A stretch of 63,901 bases of DNA, counting the filler, from Olpidium bornovanus S191 (lineage: Eukaryota > Fungi > Olpidiomycota): the NCBI GenBank assembly GCA_017911155.1. It is 31 parts of 31 records of this genome, joined end to end, with 100 filler letters (N's around TTAATTAATTAA, not from the genome) between each part and the next. Parts side by side here need not be neighbours in the genome. Positions count along the whole stretch, not along the records: positions 9,183 to 11,572 come from JAEFCI010001602.1; positions 11,673 to 14,369 come from JAEFCI010001531.1; positions 14,470 to 16,126 come from JAEFCI010009042.1; positions 16,227 to 17,326 come from JAEFCI010003807.1; positions 17,427 to 20,654 come from JAEFCI010006652.1; positions 20,755 to 22,101 come from JAEFCI010012401.1; positions 22,202 to 24,268 come from JAEFCI010008847.1; 24 more parts are not named here. The stretch is one strand, 5' to 3'. A program made the position numbers and the translations under genes. The notes beneath the pieces were generated by a model. It saw only the letters and a list, made by a program, of their open reading frames with translations. It did not search any database and was not told the origin of the DNA. Below, one piece after another: positions 11,320 to 22,484 of this stretch (its first letter is position 1; each line of letters begins with the position of its first letter).

Positions 11320-11320
11320 C
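11204..11320. repeat. (CT)n microsatellite
   Basis: Imperfect CT dinucleotide run. Similar GA/CT runs occur near 15425-15500, 16855-17020, 22620-22705 and 31497-31560. Confidence 0.95.
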
Positions 11321-11369
11321 CTCTCTTTCCTAAAAAAGAAAAATCGGGTATTTTAAAAAGAATGTTTGG

Positions 11370-11400
<31 letters not shown>

Positions 11401-11674
11401 CGGGGGACGTGGCGGGGAGGTGGTTTCGAAAACGGCGAGGGGAGGTGGTGTGGGGGGGGGGCGCCTTGCTTTTCTGCGTTTTTGAGCTTGAGTGATTCCC
11501 TCAGAGTCAGGCTTCCCCGCCGTTTGCAGCCCTGCAAACCCGCGGTTCCCCAAGGGCGTGCTGCCTTGCCGCNNNNNNNNNNNNNNNNNNNNNNNNNNNN
11601 NNNNNNNNNNNNNNNNTTAATTAATTAANNNNNNNNNNNNNNNNNNNNNNNNNNNNNNNNNNNNNNNNNNNNGA

Positions 11675-11677
<3 letters not shown>

Positions 11678-11753
<76 letters not shown>
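11678..11753 (+). repeat. Poly-G tract (76 nt)
   Basis: Uninterrupted G run; many other long G and C runs occur throughout the window. Confidence 0.9.
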
Positions 11754-11754
<1 letters not shown>

Positions 11755-11845
11755 GAAGTGATGGGGCGGGTGAGTAACGGGTTCGCGGGGCGTCGGAACG
11801 TGCGCCAAAACCGTCGGTATTGCACACGCAGAGTCACGGCAGCGC

Positions 11846-11888
<43 letters not shown>

Positions 11889-12502
11889 CCCCCCCCCCCC
11901 CCCCCGCGCCCCCCCCCCCCCCCCCCCCTCCCCCTTCCTGCCCGCTTTAGGCATACCTCGCCGCCAAGTCCGTCTGCTCGCCACATTTCTCGGAGCTGCG
12001 GACCCCGGCGCCGGGACCGCTCCGTGGGCCTTGCCTGCGCGCTCAGGGGCGCGAACGTGACCGCTGTCCTACCGCCCCTCGAAACATCCGGCTGACCGAG
12101 GCGGAGCGCGGAGAAGAACGGCCGGAGGCGTGTCGCGCCCCGGCGGGAATGCGGAGATCGTGGAGCTGGACCGGTCGTGCCGTCCGCGGCAAGTTTGACT
12201 ACTTCGATCGCGTACGAGTTCATCTACCTCCCGCCGCTGCACCTGCCCGTCCTGACGACCGTGCGCACGGGAAGGGGACGGCGCTCGTCCTTTACACAAG
12301 GAACGGTCGCCCGCCGAGGAGCACTTCTTTCCGATTGCCTCCAAGAAAGGACTAAGGTTCACCGAAGTATGTCGCCGAACGGAAACGGGGCATAAAGAGG
12401 TCCGCACCGGGACCATGCCCGCAAATTCACCGGTCGCCCGTCCAGAAACAACCTTAGGTTCCACGACAGCAAACGGGAAACGGTTTGGGACAATTTGTCC
12501 TA

Positions 12503-12615
12503 CAGGATTGTATGGCTCTACTGGACATCCTCGGAAACTGCAGGATGAGTATGGCTCTACTGGACATCATCGGAAACTGCAGGATTGTACGGCTCTACTG
12601 GACATCCTCGGAAAC
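12503..12615 (+). repeat. 38-39 bp minisatellite, 3 copies
   Basis: CAGGATTGTATGGCTCTACTGGACATCCTCGGAAACTG at 12503, 12541 and 12580, head-to-tail with few substitutions. Confidence 0.95.
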
Positions 12616-12992
12616 AGCTGCGTAGCCACTGCGCTGTACACGTTCGTGGCGATCGCTTAGCCGAGCGGCGCCGACCAGCGAAAATCGTGGTCGCAAATTC
12701 GGAATCCTGGGTTCGAGCACAGGTCACGCGACTGCTCCTCGAGTGCCGGCACTACAACGCTTGAGGAACTTTGGCGTCTGAAATTTCTATCATCGGGACC
12801 TTTGGCGAGATCGGGAAGTACAGAGAAATGGCTTTGAGGCCCGTCGGGCGAGCCGTACCGGTTGAGGACGGGGTATATGTGCTCGGGACGGAAAAAGGAA
12901 ATACGAACAGGAGATAGGGGACAGAGGAAACGAAGACCAGGAAAATGGTTCAGAGCGAGACAGGAGGGGACAGTACGAAGACCGAAGGCAAA

Positions 12993-14272
12993 TCATCGGT
13001 CTGCTCGTGGTCGCTTCGAGGTCCGCTCAACTTCAATATCCATGGCGTCTGCTTTTCCCTTCTCCCCGCCTCCGCCGCCGCCGTCGCCGCCGCCGGCCCC
13101 CCGGTCGTTTGAGCCGCCTACGGCCTTGGCGCTGAACCGAATGCTGATGACAGGACCGGTGGTACGCCGGAGGCTGCCGGACGCTCGTCTCTGGTCCCGG
13201 GACCTTGCTGCGAGGAACACGTCGTCCTCGTCGTCGTCTTCGTCCGCCTTGCCCCGCGATCGCTTCAGCGGCGGCAGTTCCACTAACTTTTCTTCCGCAG
13301 CAGCTGCTTTCGGAACAGGGGGGGGTCTAGGCAACGCTGCATTCTTCGCTGGCGATATAGGCGGTGTCACCTCGGCGGCCTTGGAGGTGTCCACGGGCCG
13401 GCCGTCGCCGTCGTCGTCGTCGTCGTCCGGGTAATCAACTAGAGCGCCGCCCGGCCTGGTGGAGCCCTCGTTCACGGTTTGTGCCGAATCTTCGTCGTCC
13501 GAGCCGTCGAAGTACCTCTCTTCTTCGTCGTCCAACATCGACGACGGCCAGCGCGCTTTCCTTTTCGTCAAGACGCGGATGTTGTCAGCCTTTCCCGGCG
13601 AAATCGCAAGGAATTGGCGAACCAAACAACACCGTACTTTTGATCGCCGTCGTCCGCGTCCGCGTCCCGTATCGAAGCGGTACCCAGCTTGGCGTCCACG
13701 TTCTGCTCGTACCGCTTCTGGAACGCCTGGAACGTATCAACGTAGGTGATGCCCTCGAAATGGTGACCGAACCCTCGCCAAATATGCTCCACGAGAGACT
13801 TGATGTTCTCCTGCAGCGACGGACCTCGTTTGAATATATCGGCAGGAAAGACCAACAAAAAAAAACTCACGCCTTAAAAAAGAAAAAGAGGAGAAAAATC
13901 TTTCTCCGATCCGACTACCGACCCTTCTGATGAATTCAAAGAGCTCTATGCACGCGGAGTTCACCAGATTGTTCTTGTGCTCCGTTTCGAGGAAGGTCTT
14001 TACGATTGGGGCGAACAGGTCGTGTTTGATGAGGTGCCGGTTGTAGAACTCGTCCTTCGCGGCAACGATCGTCCGAAAGTACCGGATGGCAGAAAGCCGG
14101 ACGCTCTTGTCGCGCGCGCGCAAAAGGAGCGCCACCTTCTGCGACACGTTGTTGGAGAGCACGAACTGCTTCGCGCGAAACGAATGGTTTCGCATGGCGA
14201 ACGCAAGCAGTTCGCATAGGCTCGTGCACAACGTCGACCGTGTCCGGTCAAGTTCCAACAGATGTACATTAC
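12993..14272 (-). CDS. PSY2: PP4 regulatory subunit 3 (Psy2/SMEK), 3' part
   Basis: Exons 14272-13923, 13810-13638, 13560-12993. They give AIRYFRTIVAAKDEFYNRHLIKHDLFAPIV...NNLVNSACIELFEFIRR|ENIKSLVEHI...YVDTFQAFQKRYEQ and LDDEEERYF, hallmark PP4R3 motifs. Confidence 0.95.
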
Positions 14273-14469
14273 CTTTTGTTTTTATTTTTATGTTTTTTCC
14301 GAACACGTGTGAAGGAGAGGGGGGTAGGAAGCCAACTCAGCTGCTTAGGCTGCGAACCTGAAGCCCATANNNNNNNNNNNNNNNNNNNNNNNNNNNNNNN
14401 NNNNNNNNNNNNNTTAATTAATTAANNNNNNNNNNNNNNNNNNNNNNNNNNNNNNNNNNNNNNNNNNNN

Positions 14470-14615
14470 AAAACGAAAAAAAAGGAAAAAAAGGAAAAAA
14501 AAAACAAAATTGCCGAAGATAAAAAGGAAATAAAACGAAAAAAAAGGAAAAAAAAGGAAAAAAAAACAAAATTGTCGAAGATAAAAAGGAAATAAAACGA
14601 AAAAAAAGGAAAAAA
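14470..14615. repeat. A-rich tandem repeat of about 62 bp, about 2.4 copies
   Basis: AAACGAAAAAAAAGGAAAAAAAGG...CAAAATTGYCGAAGATAAAAAGGAAAT repeated at the contig start. Confidence 0.85.
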
Positions 14616-14744
14616 CCGGTACCGACGGTTAGCGACCGAGCTCGGAGGAGTGAAAACCGCCGCGACGCCACACACGCCCCCGACCAGAAACAAAAAAAAA
14701 AAAACAAAAAAACAAAACAAAACAGAAAAACGTGCTTTTCTGAC

Positions 14745-15045
14745 AACGCCCTTTGCCGCCGGAATACTGCGGGTTGAACATGCACGCCTGGCGGCCGGTG
14801 GCTGTCCTGATGGCGTGGCAGGAGGCCGGCGAGGCGTGCTGGTCGCAGCGGGGGGGACACGCGGACCCGGGCGGGTAGCAGCCGAAGTAGCCGCAGTCCT
14901 TTTCCTCGTCCGCGCACTTCCGCTTGTCTTCGGGCGCGGCGGACGCGGCGCGCCGCGCGAGCTCGAGGGCGACGATGCCGGGAAGCGTCCCGTGCCAGAG
15001 CCACCGCCGCCGGCGCCGCGAAGACCGATCGTGCGGCGGCGCCAT
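14745..15045 (-). CDS. First exon of a hypothetical Cys-rich, possibly secreted or membrane protein
   Basis: ATG at 15045 after an A-rich leader; a weakly hydrophobic stretch, then KCADEEKDCGYFGCYPPGSACPPRCDQHASPASCHAIRTATGRQAC (7 Cys), followed by a T-rich intron-like tract. Confidence 0.4.
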
Positions 15046-16251
15046 CTTTTAATTTGTTTTTTTTTTTTTTTGCAGGCCGGGAGAGGGAAGGGAAGTTGGG
15101 GGATTTTGTATGGGACCCCGGCCAAGTCTTAAAAGATTTTTTTTCTTTTTTCGTTTATCCCTTCTTCTTCTTCTTCTTCTTCTTCCGCGAAAGTCTTGGG
15201 GCCCTTCTAAGGGGGAAGACGGGTTTCTCTTTTCTGGCCCGTGTCTCCGGGAAGCTCGCCCGGGCGGCGCGGAGGGGGGTTTTTTTTTTACCCGCGAGCG
15301 CGCGTGCTCGCGGCGGGAGAGGGGGCGTTCTGGGAGATTTCGTTGCGTTATTGGGTGGGGGTGAAGGGGTCGCGGGGGGTGGTACTTCGGGGGGGGGGAG
15401 GGGGGGCTGATAAAAGCGGTGCGTGTCTCTCTCTCTGCTCTCTCTCTCTCTCTGCTCTCTCTCTCTCTCTGCTCTCTCTCTCTCCTCTCTCTCTCTCTTC
15501 CCTGGTCGTGCGGGAAGAGGAAGGGGGTCGTCGTCGGGGGGGTGTCTGGAAGAGGCGAAGGGGGAAATCAACAAAAACAAACAAACAAAAAAAAAAAAAA
15601 AAAAGAAAGGACAAAAACAAAAAAATAAAAACAAAAAAAGGGGGCGGGGGCCGGAGTTTGTTCCCCGTTTCGGGGTTGTTGTTTGGGGTGAGAGTGGGGG
15701 AAAAAATTTAACGGGGTGCCCTGAGGGGGGGAAAGTGGGCTGGCTGAGCTGGGGGCGCCGGGGAAGGAGAAGAGCAGGAGGAGGAGGAGGAGGAGGAGGA
15801 GGAGGAGCGGCGGAGCGGAAGGGAAAAATGGTACGGGAGGGGGAACCGGGCGAGATGGCCCAGTATAGAAAAAGTAGAGAGTAGGGGGGGAAAGAGGGCG
15901 GAAGGGGGGAAGAAGGCGGGGGCGCCCCTTTTCCTCCGCCGGAAAAAGCGGCAGAGAGCTCCCCCCCCAGGCGAGAGGCGGAAGTGTGGACAACACACGC
16001 CTCTCGCACCTCTCGCGCCGCAAGGTTCCTCCGGAATATTTTTCTCCCGTTGTTATTTTCCGGGCGGCGGGGGGCGGGGAAAAGGGGGGGGGGGGGGGGG
16101 GGGGGGGGGGAGGCGGGGGGCGGGGGNNNNNNNNNNNNNNNNNNNNNNNNNNNNNNNNNNNNNNNNNNNNTTAATTAATTAANNNNNNNNNNNNNNNNNN
16201 NNNNNNNNNNNNNNNNNNNNNNNNNNGGGGGGGGGGGGGGGGGGGTGTTTT

Positions 16252-16288
<37 letters not shown>

Positions 16289-16983
16289 AGGGGTGAGGAA
16301 TGTGACTTTTTTCCTCTCCTACGCGAACATTGTCCTTTGACCGCCGCGCGCCCCGGCCTGCCGTCCCGGAGCCAAGCGGGCCGATGCCGGATCCTGCGGC
16401 GCGCGCTTCCGCCCGTCTGTCTCTTTTTCGGCGCTTTTTTGCGTCGCGTCTGCGAGCGGACGCGGGGAAAAAATTTCTCCCCCCCACCGCCCCCCCCTTT
16501 CCCCCACCATCTCTCCTTCGTCCCCCACCCTCCGCCCCCCCCCTCCTCCTCCCTCCCCCCCTTCCTCGGACAGCAGTGCCGGGCGGGCTGCTCACCTGCC
16601 GCGCGCGTCGCGCCTTTCCCTTTTTGTTTTTTTTTTGTTTTTTTTTGTCCCTGGAACCTCGGGGGGGGGGGTTGTTGCTCGTTTTCTCTCGGATTCGACG
16701 CTTCGCCGTTTTTCGCGGCGCGCGTGGAACACGCCGAGAGTTTTTTAGGCGTGTGTGTGTGTATTTGTTCGGTTATTCGGAAGGTAAACATTAGCCGGCT
16801 CGCGCGGCAGATTCGGGGCCTTACTCCAGAGGAATTTCGGCGAATCTTATCAAATCTCTCTCTCTCTTTCTCTCTCTCTCTCATCGCCATCGCCATCGCC
16901 TCTCTCTTTTTTCTCTCTCTTTTTCAAATTTTCTCTCTCTCTCTCGCTCGCGCGCGGGGGTCTCCTTTCGCATCGGAAACGCG

Positions 16984-17024
<41 letters not shown>

Positions 17025-18082
17025 TCTCTCTCCCTCTGACGAATCCCGCGGACGTGCAAAATCCCGGGAACCTAGCGAATCTCGGGAAGCCTTCCTTCCG
17101 GGAACCTGCAGCGTCAAGGAATCAAGCGGGTCCTGGGGGGCGGGAAGGGGACATCTGCGAACCCCGCCTCCGGCCCCGCAGTGCTGAACGTCCATCGTAG
17201 ACGTCGAGAAGAGCGTAATAACCCCCCGCAAACATAGACAAAATGGTTTGCCCCGGGGAACGGTTGCACCGCGCCGCGCCCCGGCGGCAGCCTGTGTTTG
17301 GTCAGAACCCCCCCCCCCCCCCCCCCNNNNNNNNNNNNNNNNNNNNNNNNNNNNNNNNNNNNNNNNNNNNTTAATTAATTAANNNNNNNNNNNNNNNNNN
17401 NNNNNNNNNNNNNNNNNNNNNNNNNNAGAATGAGCGGGGGCGTGGGGGGAAGGAGGGGAAATTTGATTGTTGCGAACTCATTGGAATATGGATCAAGTGT
17501 CTATGGGTGATCGTCTTCGGCCGAGACCCCCCGTACCGAACCACATGTCCGATGTGAACAAACCACATTAAATTTGAAATTGAACAACAGTGGTTTCCGT
17601 GCTCCCCAGTTCCCTGCCAGCGGAATTATCGCCTTTTTTTTCACAAGCGCAGTCTTTTTGCGTGGCATTATCCCCTTCCTTCGCTCCCGCCTACCTTCTT
17701 GCGCAAACAACGGCGGAGAGTCGCGCCGCTCTCATGGGGGCATAAGCCCCCTTCTTTGTCAACCCTTCTCTGAAAGACCAAGTGTCCGCCGGGGCCGCGG
17801 GCAGCGGCGGGTCCGAAAAATGCAGACTACCGCCCGGGCAACGTCGACGACGGGGCGACGCTCGAGTGGACGGCGCAGACGGCGGCGCCAACGGAGGGAT
17901 GGCGCGCCTACGAACGCGTCTTGCCTCGGTTTGGTGTTAGTGTGTGTGAGAGCGCGCGTGTGGGGGTTCCGCTTCCCGCCCCGGACCCCGCACGGGTTTT
18001 TTGAGTGCCGGCGAATTTTTCCACGCCCCGATGCCACACAACGCCACGCGCGCCCTGAGAAAGACCGAAAAGAAAAAAAAAA

Positions 18083-20654
18083 ATGGGAAAAGCGGACGCT
18101 GCCGGCCTCCAGAAGGAGGACGCTCGCCGCTTGCAGGCGGCGCACCCGGCGGCGGCGACGGTGTTGTCGGCGCCGCCGCCGCCGCTGCTGCCTGCAGGTC
18201 GACGTGCGCTTTGGGCAGACCCTGCCGCCGTGATAGCGGCCGGGTCTGCTCCGAACGCCCGACAGGCGCTCACTCCGCGTCTGTACACGACGGTCACGGA
18301 TCGCGTGTCCGGCCCCGGTTTCAGCATCCACATGCAGCAGCAGCGGCGGCCACCGCAGCCGAAGAGGTCGTTCGCCGACTTCGCATCGCCCGATGGGCCC
18401 GCTCCGCTGCCCGCGGCCGAGCTGGGAGGAGATTATCGCAGCGGCGTCAAGGCATCGTCGGCGGCGCCTGCGCCGCCGCCGCTCGTGCAGCGGACGAGGG
18501 CCACGCCCCTGATTGTCGCCGGCTTGGGCCCGAAAAACGCAGTGGGCGAGTTCAAGGCAAAGAAGGGGGAGGAGCCCCCCGTGGTCGGCGGCCGCACGCC
18601 GCCATTTAATCACAGAGCGACGCCGCCGCTGCCTGCGATCCCCGTCGACGGCGGCGGCGCAAACAAGAAACCTCGCGCCGACGATCTCGTCGGAGCCGCA
18701 TCGGACGCAAAACCACAGGCGGGCGGCGCGCCGGAAGTCGAGATGGCACCTCCGCTTCCCGCGGACGCCGAGGATGCGCCTGCGACGTTCTCGGATTATC
18801 GAGAGCTCACGGCGGCCTCGGACAACTTCCGGGCGGCGGCGAAAGCATCGAAAGATCCGTTTGATTTCATCGCCGCCCTGAAAAAACGGAAGAGTGCGAG
18901 GATTCGCGGTTTTTCCAATGCCACCGCGGCGTTGGAATTTGCGTACCTTAATCCCGTCAAGAAGGATAACCCGTACAATTTGGAAATCGTGGAACACGAC
19001 CAAGTGTGCAGAGACAACTTCTACACGATCAGCTCCGAGGTACCCCAAACGTTTGGGAATATCCTGGTACACTCGTTTTCTGGGAGCTGGACGGCTGATC
19101 GCTTGCGTTCCTGTCGGGTTGACCCCTGCAGGGCGTGACCCACTTCTTGCACGGGGCAGCAGAATTCACTTTGTTGCAGCAGTGGATTAGGGAACATCGC
19201 CTGTTCAACGCCGTTACCAAGATTCCGTTTTTTGCGAGGTACAGGAAGTGGAAGTGTTACACCGTTTGGAGGACGAACGTCCGCCGGGCAAAGATAGGCG
19301 CCAGCAAACGGCAACTGGCGAGAAACCTGTTCGTCTTGGACGGCATACTGCGGGCCGCCCTGTTAGAATTGCAGGACATCTGCACGCGGGCCGCGAAATG
19401 GAGCCTCGTGAACATCTCCGGCAACGTTACGCACGACCTCGCCGCGTTCGCGAGCGATCAGGACGCCTGGTGCAAGGGGACGATGGCTGCCAAGCTGCGC
19501 GACTTTGAGGCGCAGGCGAGGGCGCTTGTGGAGTCCGCGTCTCGCCAGTCCCTCAAGCAGGCGGGCTTCGAGGTGGAGCCGGACGGGGGTTGCGGAAAGA
19601 AAGAAGGCGCGCCGGCGCCGGCGGAGGCGCCGGCCGCCGGCGCCGGCGCTCCCGCAGCGGACGACGCGGGCCAGCGGCGCAAGCTGACGTTCACGGAACA
19701 GGCCGCCCGGAGGACGGAGTGCCGGAGGCTGCAGCGGTTCGTGAAGCTCGTCGATTACATGATCGTCAACACGATGCACATGCTGGCCGTGAACAGCGTC
19801 CGCACTCTGCTCGCGTGCATCTGGAGGCGGTGCACCGACGATTTGATGGAACTCGCGGAGGAGGACCGCGGCCACATTTTTGCCGCCGTGCCCACGAACC
19901 ATCTCCTCGTCGCCGGCTTCAACGCCTTCACCGCCCTCACGGTGCCCCCGAACACGTTGCCGCCCGCGGAGCCGCACTCGGAAACCCACGCGGCGGCGGC
20001 GGCGCCGCCGCTCTTCCGCACGGAGCTTCTGCTGCACCAGCAGACGTCGGGGCTCCTGTACAAGCCGGATCACGCCGAGTTCTTGGCGAGCGTCGACGCA
20101 CTGATCAAGACGATCGTGGCCCAGACGGAGACTTACCAGCTGATGACGTCAACGATTGCGTACCTGGAGCAGAACGACCGGTTCGAAGAGGCCGAGTACA
20201 GCGAGGGCCCGTCGCTAGCGTTCATCATCTTCGAGGGCCTGTACTTCCAGGCCGTCGTGGCCCGCATCAAGGGCGCGCTGACGGGGAACTTCAAGCTCGC
20301 CGTCCGGCACGCCGAGGGCTTCGAGAAATTCAGGGACATGTTCCTCGAGAACAGCCGCATGGATTTCGAGGCGGTCAAGCAGCAGCTCTGCGCCGCTTCC
20401 GTCCCGCCCATATCGGAGAACGAGAAGATCGCGGCGGCCGGGCAGGTTTGCGAGGCGGACGAGACGAGCCCGGCGCTGGCGTTCTTCGAGTCGTCGATGA
20501 GCAAGTACGCGGCCCAGAACAAGGAGATGGAACTCATGCCGGCGGAGACCGTCGTCGGGAACCTGCTTGTGGACAGCAAAAAGCTCAAGGCGCTCTTGCT
20601 GCCTTCCCCGGAGCGCTGCTTCCACGCGATCGCCAGCATCCTTCCCGGGCTCGC
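18083..20654 (+). CDS. DNAH6: Axonemal inner-arm dynein heavy chain (DNAH6-like), N-terminal part
   Basis: Exon ending 19039 (EFAYLNP...NPYNLEIV...NFYTISSE), intron 19040-19131, exon 19132-20654 (GVTHF...EFTLLQQWIREHRLF...FFARYRKWKCYTVWRTNVRRAK...RNLFVLD), like the DNAH6 N-terminus. True 5' start uncertain; truncated at the spacer. Confidence 0.85.
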
Positions 20655-21601
20655 NNNNNNNNNNNNNNNNNNNNNNNNNNNNNNNNNNNNNNNNNNNNTT
20701 AATTAATTAANNNNNNNNNNNNNNNNNNNNNNNNNNNNNNNNNNNNNNNNNNNNACATGTGTTTGTGTGGGAAATGCACGGGAGAATGAAAGAAATTGCC
20801 GAGTGCCAAAAAAAAAAAAAATCCCGCGTCGGCCGTTTTTGGGAAGGCTGGGTGAGGGCACCGCGTATTATCCAGCGGGAGTTATGGGAACGCACACCAA
20901 GGTAGTGAAACCGTCCGTACTCGTAGTATAATGCTTTTTGGAGTTATATTTTTTTTTTTCGCTCTCGCCGGCATTCCCCCTTCCGTCCACCTGGCCGAGA
21001 GAGGGGAAAACGCTCTGCTTCGGTGCTCGTTACAGCGCCGTCAACGACTGTTTCGTTGTTCCCTAATAAATGGCGGCACCGGCGAACGTGGCGGCGAAGC
21101 AATGAGGTACACGCCGGCGGGCCGAATTTCAAACGACATTCAAGCGCAAAATTGCCTCTCCGCTTTCGGAAACGCCTGCTCGCGAAAGAAAACTCGGACC
21201 GCCCGATCCCGCGACGCACAGGTTAGCAAAGTGGCGGGCCGGCGTGTCCGTAGATGCTCCGGCACTCACCTCTTGTTGAGAGGCGGCCTGGGCGGCACGC
21301 CGGGGGACCGGCTGTACGCGCCCGCGCAACCAGTTAGCACCGGCAGGTGCCGCGTCGTCACGAACGCTCCGCGCGAAGCGGCTAATTGCCCATCCTGGGC
21401 ACCAAAGCCACAGAACTCGGCTGCGTGCCGGTTTGCCTCCCGCTCAGAAAAAGGACCGCTCCTGGTCTCACCGTAGCAATGCAATCCATATTTTACGTGG
21501 CTAATCGGAAAAATCAAAGTGAAAAACACCGTTGAGATAATTCCGTGTTACCAGAGCGCAGAATGTATGTTTACGACAGAGCGTTCAAAACAGAGAATAA
21601 C

Positions 21602-21673
21602 GCGTTGATAGTTTAGTGGTAGTAACAGATGCTTCCCAAGCATCAGGCCCGGGTTCGATTCCCGGTCATCGCA
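21602..21673 (+). tRNA. tRNA-Gly (CCC), intronless
   Basis: 72-nt cloverleaf: acceptor GCGTTGA/TCATCGC, D arm GTTT-AGTGGTAG-TAAC, anticodon arm GATGC-TTCCCAA-GCATC, T arm CCGGG-TTCGATT-CCCGG, discriminator A. Confidence 0.96.
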
Positions 21674-21695
21674 CATTATTGCGTTAAAAGTAAAA

Positions 21696-21703
21696 TTTTT
21701 TTT
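21696..21703 (+). terminator. Pol III terminator of tRNA-Gly
   Basis: T8 run 23 nt downstream of the tRNA 3' end. Confidence 0.8.
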
Positions 21704-22484
21704 ACCCTTACGAATGCGGGGCCTGCTGGCGCGGGGTTCCTGGGAGAACACATTAAACCACGCGGAGAACCAGTCGGAATCCACCGCGCAGAGAGAATCC
21801 GCGTCACTTCTTGTCGCACGCTTGCCAAAAATCCGCACCGCGTGGGAACAGGATAAAAACTAGCGGCGGCGAAGTTGGGCTCGGGAGGTCCCACGGGCCC
21901 CTTCGCCCCCATCGCGCGTATACGTATTTTTGCGCATGCGGCCGAGATTGCTTAACATATCCGGCGGACGGCTGTCCTTTTTTGCGGCAGACGAAGCTGT
22001 GCGGCGAACGTGACTAGCGGTCGCACGATGAAGAAGCTCGTTTCGAACGAACATGATTTTACACGCGTCGGTTGGGAAGACAAAAGCTGAAACCCTCCCC
22101 GNNNNNNNNNNNNNNNNNNNNNNNNNNNNNNNNNNNNNNNNNNNNTTAATTAATTAANNNNNNNNNNNNNNNNNNNNNNNNNNNNNNNNNNNNNNNNNNN
22201 NACCATGGACGAGGCGGACACCCCCCCCTGGGCGCGTTGTCGCTAATTAAATAATCGAGGCCACGTCTTTGTCCTGAGAAAGAGAGCGCTCGCCTGCCCT
22301 TCGGGCATCTCTCATCCGGCCGACAACCGGAGACAGACCGTGTCGAGGGGGGAAGAAGCGCCCTGGGGCCGCTGTAGCCTCCCTCCGGCTTTGAACGAGG
22401 TGATCGCAGGAACGAATTGGGCTCACGACGGACAAACACCGGGAAAAAAGCAAAACTCCACGTGGTGCAGCCGTTTGTTTCGGA

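Noticed and set aside
12149-12395. Short ORFs in 12069-12464
   Set aside because: Several frames look equally plausible and none has a recognisable motif, so I cannot support a CDS call.
12503-12615. CRISPR-like direct repeats
   Set aside because: Units are head-to-tail with no spacers.
15054-17326. Poly-Pro, poly-Gly, poly-Lys, poly-Phe and (SL)n ORFs
   Set aside because: Translations of homopolymer and microsatellite tracts, not credible proteins.
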